Notes: a model not told the origin generated them from the sequence alone. A DNA stretch of 64,000 nucleotides from an uncultured virus (IMG/VR IMGVR_UViG_3300028394_000058) (IMGVR_UViG_3300028394_000058); one strand, 5' to 3'; counted from the first letter of the stretch, positions 16,546-24,508 are shown. Translations and numbers: made by a program.

Positions 16546-16860
16546 ATGGATGCATATACACAAAAACTTACTGAGTACATTGGTGCACTAGATAGATTTA
16601 TTGAAAAACAATCAAAACTAAAACGTGGTGATAGTGTAAGTTGGAACAGCAGTGGTGGTACTGCTCGCGGAAAAATTACAAAAGTAATTACTAGTGGAAC
16701 TGAGCAAATACCTAATAGTAGTTTTAAGATCACAGGTACTGAAGAAGATCCCGGAGCACTTATTAGGGTTTATACTAAAGATGGTGACGGCTATAAACCA
16801 ACAGATACAATTGTAGGGCACAAATTAAAAACCCTAACTAAAATACCAAGTTTAGATTAA
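16546..16860 (+). CDS. Hva1/TUDOR (DUF2945)-like domain protein
   Basis: LKRGDSVSWNSSGGTARGKI...VGHK..TL. Confidence 0.55.
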   Translation: MDAYTQKLTEYIGALDRFIEKQSKLKRGDSVSWNSSGGTARGKITKVITSGTEQIPNSSFKITGTEEDPGALIRVYTKDGDGYKPTDTIVGHKLKTLTKIPSLD

Positions 16861-16870
16861 AGGAGCAATT

Positions 16871-17056
16871 ATGATTCGATATGAACAAGTACAGGGATAT
16901 GCCGAAGACATTCCCGAAATGCCGCCCAATCCTAAAACAGGGCGAGATGAGGACGATATGCCACAAGGTGGCGCAGAAACAATGCCCATTAACATTGTTG
17001 ATCGGGGTGGAGTTACACACGAAGGCGATATGGGTCGCTTAGGCAAAAGCGAATAA
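16871..17056 (+). CDS. hypothetical protein
   Basis: AAGGAG RBS. Confidence 0.5.
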   Translation: MIRYEQVQGYAEDIPEMPPNPKTGRDEDDMPQGGAETMPINIVDRGGVTHEGDMGRLGKSE

Positions 17057-17097
17057 GCCTTAAATTATTTGCAACACACAACACACAAGGATATAAT

Positions 17098-17325
17098 ATG
17101 AATCCATTTGAATTACGAACAAAATTGCTGGAGATGGCCACAGATCATCTTAGACGTCAGCATGAACTTAACTGCGAATTTGCCAAAGAAACTTTTAGCC
17201 AAATGATTAAAACTGGCCAAGCGCTTCAGCAAGACTATCAAAAATACATGCCAAAAATGTATACGTTTGATGATGTAGTCAACGAAGCACAAAAACTTTA
17301 TGGGTTTGTCAATAATGCTAAGTGA
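17098..17325 (+). CDS. hypothetical phage protein
   Basis: NPFELRTKLLEMA...AQKLYGFV. Confidence 0.65.
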   Translation: MNPFELRTKLLEMATDHLRRQHELNCEFAKETFSQMIKTGQALQQDYQKYMPKMYTFDDVVNEAQKLYGFVNNAK

Positions 17326-17476
17326 ATTGTGGCGCAATCTACGGCAAATGTTTAGGCCATATAGCCTAGAAGATTATATTAAGGATTGCGACCCTAAAGA
17401 CGTTATGGAACTAGAAACTCGTATGCGTAACTGGGAACGTTACCAACGCGGCATGGATTTTGGCAATAGCTATTAA
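17315..17476 (+). CDS. 53-aa protein, possibly DUF3563-like (not in ORF track)
   Basis: LEDYI...DVMELETRMRNWER. Confidence 0.45.
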   Translation: MLSELWRNLRQMFRPYSLEDYIKDCDPKDVMELETRMRNWERYQRGMDFGNSY

Positions 17477-17486
17477 GGATAATATA

Positions 17487-17621
17487 ATGAACAAATATGA
17501 ATGTGAAGTTTGTGGAAATGTACATGATGAGGAAGTAGATGGCAAGTGGGATGAGCTTCCACAATTCTATTTGTGTCCTGAATGTGGTTGCCACAAAGAC
17601 GAATACTTTTTAGTAGAATGA
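17487..17621 (+). CDS. rubredoxin, short type, 44 aa (not in ORF track)
   Basis: MNKYECEVCGNVHDE...WDELP..YLCPECG..KDEY; AAGGA RBS. Confidence 0.85.
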   Translation: MNKYECEVCGNVHDEEVDGKWDELPQFYLCPECGCHKDEYFLVE

Positions 17622-17628
17622 TAAGAAA

Positions 17629-17660
17629 CGGCAAGTTTATAGCTTGCCGCTTTATTTTGT
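17629..17660 (+). terminator. intrinsic terminator
   Basis: CGGCAAG...CTTGCCG followed by a T-rich tail. Confidence 0.6.
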
Positions 17661-17802
17661 GCTTTTCAATTTAAATGTTACAATATTGTGACAATATTGT
17701 GACAAAAACCAGTACTCAACTACTAGTAATAATTTTTGCAGCAAAAATTACTATATTGACTTTTAGTGCCTGGTACTGTATAATATCTTTAATGAACAAA
17801 TT

Positions 17803-17887
17803 GCCCAAGTGGTGAAACGGTAGACACAGGAGACTTAAAATCTCCCGCTATTAAAGCGTGCCGGTTCGAATCCGGCCTTGGGTACCA
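17803..17887 (+). tRNA. tRNA-Leu(TAA)
   Basis: loop CTTAAAA; variable arm; CCA; promoter at 17756-17784. Confidence 0.92.
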
Positions 17888-17903
17888 TAATTTTAAATTA
17901 CTT

Positions 17904-18608
17904 ATGAATTTACATATTGCTACACCAATGTATGGTGGACAGTGTTTTGGTAGCTATGCTGACTCTATTCTTAGATTACTTTATGAATGTCAAAAATTAG
18001 GCGTTGATTTAAGTTGGGAGTTTATGTATAATGAGTCGCTTATTCCTCGTGCTAGAGATAATTGTGTACACAGCTTTTTAAAAAGCCCGTGCTCACATTT
18101 AATGTTTATTGATGCAGACATTAAATTTAATCCAGAACACGTAATTAAAATGCTTTTAGCCGATAAAGACGTACTATGTGGCGTCTATCCAAAAAAAGCA
18201 ATTAATTGGGATAAAGTAAAATTTGCCATTGAAAATGGTTTAACAGAACAACGACAACTTGAGCGTAATAGTGTTGATTGGGTCGCTACTACAGAAACTA
18301 TTGGCGAGCTTCACGATAAAATGAATTCCTCTAAACCAGAAGAAATTATTTACGGTGGTACTGGTTTTATGATGATTAAACGTGAAGTTTTTGAAAAACT
18401 AAAACCAGAAGTTATTACATATAAAAACAACACAATTTACATGGACGAAGATACCTACGGGTTTTTTCAACTCTGTGTAGATCCTGATAGTAATGTGCTA
18501 CTCAGCGAAGATTATTTCTTTTGTAATAAGTGGCGAGCAATTGGTGGCAAAGTGCACCTAGCACCTTGGGCTATTCTACAGCACACTGGTACATATAGTT
18601 TTGGATAA
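17904..18608 (+). CDS. GT-A fold glycosyltransferase
   Basis: IATPMYGG, SLIPRARD, FIDADI (DxD), LSEDYFFC, HTG. Confidence 0.8.
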   Translation: MNLHIATPMYGGQCFGSYADSILRLLYECQKLGVDLSWEFMYNESLIPRARDNCVHSFLKSPCSHLMFIDADIKFNPEHVIKMLLADKDVLCGVYPKKAINWDKVKFAIENGLTEQRQLERNSVDWVATTETIGELHDKMNSSKPEEIIYGGTGFMMIKREVFEKLKPEVITYKNNTIYMDEDTYGFFQLCVDPDSNVLLSEDYFFCNKWRAIGGKVHLAPWAILQHTGTYSFG

Positions 18609-18784
18609 CTAAACTGATTTAAGCACATATACTTATGTGCTTAAATTTTATACTATATAACCCGATTTGGGTTATATAGTATAAAATTTAAGCTTACTAA
18701 TGCAGTAAGCTAACAGGCAGGTAGTACTTGCCAGTATTACCTGCTATTATAAACCCTAAAAATAATAAGAAGAAGGGGAATATT

Positions 18785-19540
18785 ATGGCAGAAGTTTTAA
18801 GCCCAAGTGGCATGATGATGGCTGGCGGTGACGGCCTTGGTTTTGGCAGCGGTGGTGGCCTTATTGGTGGTCTTATCCTTGGCAGCCTGTTACGTCAAGG
18901 CCGCGGTGGTCTTTTTGGTGGCGAAGGCGATGTTGCTGTTGCTCCCGGAGCGCAAGCTACAGCTAATATGCAACTTATGCAATCTATTGGTCAAGTTGAC
19001 AAAGCAGTTGCTGTCTCAACAGCTGCTATGGAAGCCAGCCAAGCAAATCAAACAATTGGTATTACCAATCAGCTTAACGCTCAAACAGGCTCACTAGCTA
19101 GCCGTGTTGAGGGTGTTAAAGACGTTGTTAACAGCAATGCAGTTGCTTTAATGCAGCAACTTAATACAGTTAACACAAATATGTTAGCTGGTTTTAATCA
19201 GACTCAACAAGTTGTTCAAAATGACGGCGACAAGACTCGTGCACTTATTACTGCACAGTACGAAGCCACACTCAATCGTCAACTTAACGAAGCTAATAAC
19301 GCTATTATTGAGCTGCGTAGTCGTGAAAACGTCACTGCAGCTACGCGCGGTGTTGAAGTTACAACTACCAACAACATCAATCAGATGCAACAGCAAGCTC
19401 AACAACAGGCTCAGTATGGCCAGTTGTACAATGCAATTTGGGGGCTTGGACAACAAATTCGTAGTACAAACGAAGCAATTAACGTTGGTAGCGGCACACT
19501 TACCGCTAACCCAGCAAATACCAATACAAACATTCGGTAA
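18785..19540 (+). CDS. Gly-rich/coiled-coil Gln-Asn-rich protein (putative filament subunit)
   Basis: start moved to MAEVLSP (AAGGGG RBS); GGGLIGGLILG glycine zipper; long helical Q/N/A region. Confidence 0.6.
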   Translation: MAEVLSPSGMMMAGGDGLGFGSGGGLIGGLILGSLLRQGRGGLFGGEGDVAVAPGAQATANMQLMQSIGQVDKAVAVSTAAMEASQANQTIGITNQLNAQTGSLASRVEGVKDVVNSNAVALMQQLNTVNTNMLAGFNQTQQVVQNDGDKTRALITAQYEATLNRQLNEANNAIIELRSRENVTAATRGVEVTTTNNINQMQQQAQQQAQYGQLYNAIWGLGQQIRSTNEAINVGSGTLTANPANTNTNIR

Positions 19541-19557
19541 TCCTGAACTAGGTATAC

Positions 19558-19591
19558 AGCCCCTTCAGTCAAAAGCTGTTGGGGCTTTTTT
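19558..19591 (+). terminator. intrinsic terminator
   Basis: AGCCCC...GGGGCT followed by a T run. Confidence 0.7.
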
Positions 19592-19605
19592 ATAGGGATT
19601 ACAAA

Positions 19606-20124
19606 ATGGATCAAAGACAAAGACAAGGAATGCCTTTTGGCTTTCCTATGACTCCCTACATAGCTCCACCGCCTCCAGTAATTGGTCCTTGGTGTCCACC
19701 ACCATTTCCAGATGATGATGTATTTATTAACTATGCTCCAGGCGGACTTCCTGGGCCTCCCGGCCCACCCGGACCCCAAGGCCCAGCAGGCCCCGAAGGC
19801 CCGCCGGGCCCGCCTGGACCACAGGGTCCCCCTGGGTCGTTGGCAAACTTGCCGGTTACCTTAGTAGATGCGGCAGCTTACCCAGCCACTAATGACGACT
19901 ACTTTATTGGAGTAATCTTTAATGGCGCAAGTACTATTACACTACCAGCTGGTACATTAGGCAAAATATTTATTATCAAAGACAGCACAGGCGATGCACT
20001 AGTCAACCCAATTACTGTAGTTGCAACTGCTAGTACAATAGATGGCCAGGCAAGCTATATAATCGACTCGCCTTGGGGCTCCATTGGCCTTATATACAAT
20101 GGAATTGAATGGAACGTAACTTAA
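19606..20124 (+). CDS. collagen-like protein with C-terminal beta domain
   Basis: Pro-rich N-terminus; continuous Gly-X-Y run; ITLP...IIKD...IDG...YNG.EW tail. Confidence 0.75.
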   Translation: MDQRQRQGMPFGFPMTPYIAPPPPVIGPWCPPPFPDDDVFINYAPGGLPGPPGPPGPQGPAGPEGPPGPPGPQGPPGSLANLPVTLVDAAAYPATNDDYFIGVIFNGASTITLPAGTLGKIFIIKDSTGDALVNPITVVATASTIDGQASYIIDSPWGSIGLIYNGIEWNVT

Positions 20125-20149
20125 TAGCCTGATAAAAAGGAATAATAAA

Positions 20150-20554
20150 ATGGCTTTTAACTCTCCCTTAGCTTCACCCACCAGTTATGGTGTGGTTGAA
20201 ATCGGTACTGGTATTTCAGTAACTAATGGTGTAATCTCAGTTGCACCCAATGGTCAAGTAAATACTCAACTCGTCAATAACGCAGCTAGTCCCTATACCC
20301 TAGACAGTGCAGGCACAGTGCCTAATTACTATCTTGGAGTTGTAGGAACAGGTGCTGCAATTACAATCAATCTTACGGCTGGCGTAGATGGTCGTGAAGT
20401 TGTAATTAAATCCGAAGCAACTAATACCAGCGACATTACAATTGTGCCCAATGGCGCAGAAACAATTGAAAATGCCGCTACATATCCAATTTTAGCTGTT
20501 ACCGATGGTAGTGTAACGCTAATTTTCCGCGGAACAAACTGGAACGCAGTTTAA
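20150..20554 (+). CDS. fibre-tip-like beta-domain protein
   Basis: GVVEIGTGISV repeat; C-terminal domain paralogous to 19606 and 20571. Confidence 0.6.
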   Translation: MAFNSPLASPTSYGVVEIGTGISVTNGVISVAPNGQVNTQLVNNAASPYTLDSAGTVPNYYLGVVGTGAAITINLTAGVDGREVVIKSEATNTSDITIVPNGAETIENAATYPILAVTDGSVTLIFRGTNWNAV

Positions 20555-20570
20555 TTAACCGGGGGTTAGT

Positions 20571-21044
20571 ATGAGTTATATCAGACCCCCAGCATCTACC
20601 CTTGCAGGCGTTGCCTTAAAGCAGACGCCTGCTCCCAGTACTCAGGCCCTAACTCCTGTAGTATTAGATGCTGAAATTGCCACTGCTGGGCAACTTGGCG
20701 TTGTACAAGTAGGTAGTGGCTTATCAATTACTCCACAAGGAGTATTAAGTGCTACAACTAGTAGTAGTTTATTTGCAGTAAAAATAGTTACAGCAAATTA
20801 CACAGCTATTGCCAATGACTACTATATTGGCGCTATTAAAAAAGACATTACCATAACACTTCCCTTAGGTGTAACTGGTAAAGTATATGTTATAAAAAAT
20901 GAAGAAAATGGCGAAATTACCGTAACTGGTACTGCTGGCCAAAAAATAGATGGATCTGTTTCTGAAAAATTAAGTACCAATAAATCACTAATGATTATAT
21001 TTAATGGTACTGAATGGCAATCTATTGCTAGAAATAATAGTTAA
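20571..21044 (+). CDS. fibre-tip-like beta-domain protein
   Basis: LGVVQVGSGLSIT; ITLP...VIKN...IDG...FNGTEW. Confidence 0.6.
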   Translation: MSYIRPPASTLAGVALKQTPAPSTQALTPVVLDAEIATAGQLGVVQVGSGLSITPQGVLSATTSSSLFAVKIVTANYTAIANDYYIGAIKKDITITLPLGVTGKVYVIKNEENGEITVTGTAGQKIDGSVSEKLSTNKSLMIIFNGTEWQSIARNNS

Positions 21045-21063
21045 CCCTTTACCTTAAATTAAA

Positions 21064-21255
21064 ATGTTTACCAAAGACTTACCCTCACTAAGCACTAGTC
21101 AAATGACTGCTATTGAAATTGCTATTAATTCAATAGATGACTTAATTGAATCCGCTACTAGTTTTACTAAAAACGGTGGACAAAGTTATCGCGCATTTTT
21201 AGCTGATCGTAGTCACCTAATCACAAAAATCTGCGAATTACCAAACTGCAAATAG
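21064..21255 (+). CDS. hypothetical protein
   Basis: 63-aa ORF. Confidence 0.45.
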   Translation: MFTKDLPSLSTSQMTAIEIAINSIDDLIESATSFTKNGGQSYRAFLADRSHLITKICELPNCK

Positions 21256-21335
21256 CCAAAAATTTTTTAACTTGAAATTTGCTAATGATTGGGGTATAAT
21301 ACTTATTCTATGGAAAATTTCAACACAGCAAAACT

Positions 21336-21551
21336 ATGCAAAAAACAAACCGCTTTGATTTTGAACAACAAATGATGGATTGCTGGGGTGTAGTAGATGA
21401 CATTAAAACCATCTACTATCTTGGCGACTTGCGAGATACAACAGAAGATGAAATGCAGAATTTATTGCTAGGCCTGTTTACTATGTATCAGGTCAAGTTT
21501 GAGATTCTACAAAAAATGTTTGAAGATTTGGTTCACAGCAAACAGTTGTAA
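21336..21551 (+). CDS. hypothetical phage protein
   Basis: RFDFEQQMMDCW.VVDDI; promoter at 21272-21300. Confidence 0.65.
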   Translation: MQKTNRFDFEQQMMDCWGVVDDIKTIYYLGDLRDTTEDEMQNLLLGLFTMYQVKFEILQKMFEDLVHSKQL

Positions 21552-21558
21552 ATGGGTA

Positions 21559-21632
21559 GCCCTGTTAGTTAAATGGTAGAACACCTGTTTTGTAATCAGG
21601 GGATGGCAGTTCGATTCTGTCACGGGGCACCA
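21559..21632 (+). tRNA. tRNA-Thr(TGT)
   Basis: loop TTTGTAA; T-arm GTTCGATTC; CCA. Confidence 0.88.
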
Positions 21633-21720
21633 TATAAAAATATTCTGGTCGGTGTGGTGAGACACGCAAGTAGACAATACTAGGACAAGGTTTGAATCCA
21701 AACTAGAGTATTTTTATATG

Positions 21721-22016
21721 GTTGTATGAAACGAGCCGAAAGGCGCGCTGGACGTGGGTTCGACTCCCACCTGGTCCACCAGAAGCACATATAGTTGTCC
21801 TAGATGAAAGAAACCTCTGAGGGCTCTAGCGGGGATTATTGTGTGCTTCTGATGGGCCAGCCATGGTTTCGACAGTGTGATAAGTATGCAAGTGGACAAC
21901 TCGGTAGGCGATCTCCGCAAAAGAAGCAAACTATATAAATGCCAACGATGAGGTATTTGCCCTAGCCGCTTAAGCTAGTGCCGAGGTATGCCCCCGCCTT
22001 GTAACCAAGGGGGGCT
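21721..22016 (+). ncRNA. ssrA: circularly permuted (two-piece) tmRNA
   Basis: T-arm plus CTGGTCC-A-CCA (21754-21781) precedes the 5' acceptor strand GGGCCAG (21854-21860); G3:U70 pair; tag ORF 21941-21973 ANDEVFALAA-stop; ends approximate. Confidence 0.9.
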
Positions 22017-22027
22017 TTTTTATTTTA
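21990..22027 (+). terminator. intrinsic terminator closing the tmRNA gene
   Basis: GCCCCC..CTTG...CAAGGGGGGC followed by a T run. Confidence 0.75.
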
Positions 22028-22034
22028 TATTCCT

Positions 22035-22652
22035 ATGACTAAAAATGCAACAGATAATGAATTTATCCTCGACACAGGTAATAGTCGTGGGTTTCGTAAA
22101 TGTACTAGTGCACTTTACGAATTTTACTTGAGTGGTTTAATTACTGGACCCGAAGATTACATTGAGTGGTTTAATACTATTCGTAGTGCTAGTGATCAAG
22201 ATGTAGTAAAAATTTATATTAATAGTAGTGGTGGAGATCTTAATTGTGCATTACAATTTATGCGTGTGTTAAGTGAAACACCCGCTACTGTAGTGTGTAG
22301 TGTTGAGGGCAGTTGCATGAGTGCTGCTACAATGATCTTCTTATGTGCTGATATATTTGAAGTAACACCGCACAGCTTATTTATGTTTCACAACTATAGT
22401 GGTGGCATATTTGGTAAAGGTGGGGAAATTTATGATCAAGCAGTATTTGAGCGTGAGTGGTCTCGACAATTCTTGCAGCATATTTACAAAGACTTCTTAA
22501 CTGAAAAAGAAATTGAAAGTCTGTTGGAAAATAAAGACTTGTGGTTGCACAGTGAAGAAGTAAGTTGCAGAGTAGAAAAACTTTGTGAAGCTAAAAGGGC
22601 TACAAGAGATGCTGACTCCGTGTGTGATGATTTGCAAGATGACGCCGAGTAA
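22035..22652 (+). CDS. ClpP-like serine protease
   Basis: IYINSSGG, CMSAAT (Ser), FMFHN (His), DLWL..EE. Confidence 0.85.
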   Translation: MTKNATDNEFILDTGNSRGFRKCTSALYEFYLSGLITGPEDYIEWFNTIRSASDQDVVKIYINSSGGDLNCALQFMRVLSETPATVVCSVEGSCMSAATMIFLCADIFEVTPHSLFMFHNYSGGIFGKGGEIYDQAVFEREWSRQFLQHIYKDFLTEKEIESLLENKDLWLHSEEVSCRVEKLCEAKRATRDADSVCDDLQDDAE

Positions 22653-22815
22653 TTATAAATGTATTGGTTGTCATAGAACTCTAGAAGAGATTACAAATTG
22701 GCAGCATTATACTGATAAACAAAGATTAGAAATAATGGATAGAATAGACAATGAATCCTTTAGTGACTGTAATAACACCAACAACGGGCAATCCTTTACT
22801 GGGACGAGCAATTGA
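22609..22815 (+). CDS. DUF1289-like Cys-rich protein
   Basis: TPCVMICKM....CIGCHRTLEEI.NW. Confidence 0.75.
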   Translation: MLTPCVMICKMTPSNYKCIGCHRTLEEITNWQHYTDKQRLEIMDRIDNESFSDCNNTNNGQSFTGTSN

Positions 22816-23482
22816 TTCTGTTTTAGAGCAGACGTATAAGCCTATTGAATATATTATTGTAATTGATGGCTGGAAAAATGAAGCTGCAGCTAGAGAAATT
22901 ATTGCTAATGCACATAGAATGTGTCATGTAATTGTATTGCCATTTCCAACTGGAATGAATGGATATAACGGACATAGAATTTATGGCGCAATGAATTTTA
23001 TCGGTCGCGGACAATATACCTGTTATTTAGATGAAGATAACTACTATGATAAAAATCACATTGAATCATTAGTCGATGTGATAAAGCCAGAACACAAGTG
23101 GGCATATTCACTAAGAAAAATTGTAGATGCTGATAGCAATATAATTTGTAATGATGATTGTGAATCACTAGGATCCTGGACTAACGTACTTAATGACAAT
23201 CTTGTTGATGTAGGTTGTTATATGCTGGGCAAACAAGCAGCGCTTGAAACAGCACCTATTTGGTATAGGCGGGCTAGGCATCCTGATGATCAGCCAGAAG
23301 TAGATCGAGCACTCTATCAAACTTTAATTAGTTTATATGGCGAAGATGCCACAACTAGTAATAAACAATATACATTAAACTATACAGCAGGCAATACTGT
23401 AAATAGCGTAAAGCCAGAATTTTTTATTCATGGCAATGCTAAAATGCAAGAAATTGCTCAAGGATATCCTTGGCGCGATTAG
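22751..23482 (+). CDS. glycosyltransferase family 2
   Basis: VTVITPT...AIDSVLEQTY..IEYIIVIDG; YLDEDN. Confidence 0.88.
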   Translation: MNPLVTVITPTTGNPLLGRAIDSVLEQTYKPIEYIIVIDGWKNEAAAREIIANAHRMCHVIVLPFPTGMNGYNGHRIYGAMNFIGRGQYTCYLDEDNYYDKNHIESLVDVIKPEHKWAYSLRKIVDADSNIICNDDCESLGSWTNVLNDNLVDVGCYMLGKQAALETAPIWYRRARHPDDQPEVDRALYQTLISLYGEDATTSNKQYTLNYTAGNTVNSVKPEFFIHGNAKMQEIAQGYPWRD

Positions 23483-23547
23483 CTCAGCGGTAGAGCAATG
23501 CCTTTACACGGCAAAGGTCGGCGGTTCAATCCCGTCATCGCGTACCA
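23473..23547 (+). tRNA. tRNA-Val(TAC)
   Basis: loop TTTACAC; CCA; overlaps the last 10 nt of the GT2 gene. Confidence 0.9.
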
Positions 23548-23553
23548 GTACCA

Positions 23554-23630
23554 GGGCCTATAGCTCAGTTGGTTAGAGCACTCGACTCATAATCGATTGG
23601 TCACAGGTTCAAGTCCTGTTGGGCCCACCA
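23554..23630 (+). tRNA. tRNA(CAT), probably Ile2 (lysidine type)
   Basis: loop CTCATAA; body resembles bacterial tRNA-Ile2. Confidence 0.85.
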
Positions 23631-23634
23631 ATAT

Positions 23635-23710
23635 TCCCTAGTAGCACAGAGGTAGTTGCACTTGACTGTTAATCAAGGTGTCCGTGGTTCGATCCCACGC
23701 TGGGGAGCCA
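23635..23710 (+). tRNA. tRNA-Asn(GTT)
   Basis: loop CTGTTAA; G discriminator; CCA. Confidence 0.9.
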
Positions 23711-23716
23711 AACAAT

Positions 23717-23790
23717 AGCGGGTTAGAGAAAAGGCATCTTGCCAGTTTCATATGCTGGAGTTGGGGGTTCGAGTCCCTCACCCGCAACCA
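23717..23790 (+). tRNA. tRNA-Met(CAT), initiator-like
   Basis: loop TTCATAT; 1:72 mismatch; A11:U24; CCA. Confidence 0.8.
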
Positions 23791-23796
23791 GACAGT

Positions 23797-23870
23797 TGGG
23801 ATATAGTGTAACGGCAACACCACGGATTTTGATTCCGTTATTCTAGGTTCGAATCCTAGTATCCCTGCCA
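23797..23870 (+). tRNA. tRNA-Gln(TTG)
   Basis: loop TTTTGAT; G discriminator; CCA. Confidence 0.9.
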
Positions 23871-23955
23871 CACAATAAAAATTATTTTCTTGAAAATTAT
23901 TGCTGAATTTGCTATAATATTGTTTCTCGCAAATTATTTTTAAAAGACTATACAA

Positions 23956-24270
23956 ATGAAAATTTATTTTGGATCACAACACAAAGACGTAGTATTTGAT
24001 ACTGACGGTATGTTTCATACAAAAACTGAGCCGGACTTCTATTTCTACTATGGATTAGAGTTTGGTAGTAATTCTGGTAGCACTGACGAAGTATTGATTT
24101 TTGATGGTTGTGAGCGCAAGATTCCTGTAGACATTAAATCTGTTCCAGCATTGATTGAAGCGCTTCAACGTTGTTACGATATGCACGAACAGCTTGAAGA
24201 TGCTGAACAGGTAAAACTAAATCTAGAAAGCGACTTTTACGAAGAGTCTATTATTTTTGATGACGAATAA
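23956..24270 (+). CDS. hypothetical protein
   Basis: promoter at 23890-23918. Confidence 0.6.
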   Translation: MKIYFGSQHKDVVFDTDGMFHTKTEPDFYFYYGLEFGSNSGSTDEVLIFDGCERKIPVDIKSVPALIEALQRCYDMHEQLEDAEQVKLNLESDFYEESIIFDDE

Positions 24271-24508
24271 TCCTATTAAAGAATTGTTATTTGAATTGGG
24301 TACTAATAGTCAGGATATAAGTCTTGACTATTTACTTAAAGTTAACAAGCTATTGTTAAAATATGGAGTTAATTTAGTTACTTATGGTAATGTATTTAAT
24401 TTCTTAGAGTACCTAGAAGAAAATCACTGCGTTAAAATTCATAAAGATGAGACTAAAAATATCTTTATATTGACCGGACTACATAATTATGGCGAAATCA
24501 TCCAGTAA
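24257..24508 (+). CDS. hypothetical protein
   Basis: coupled ORF. Confidence 0.5.
   Translation: MMTNNPIKELLFELGTNSQDISLDYLLKVNKLLLKYGVNLVTYGNVFNFLEYLEENHCVKIHKDETKNIFILTGLHNYGEIIQ

Noticed and set aside
21633..21720. tRNA-associated theta (HDV-like) ribozyme after tRNA-Thr
   Set aside because: Could not build the nested double pseudoknot; a simple long stem explains the sequence
21507..21929. Minus-strand ORFs 21507..21701 and 21714..21929
   Set aside because: Antisense to tRNA-Thr and the tmRNA
23638..23955. 105-aa minus-strand ORF
   Set aside because: Antisense to three tRNA genes
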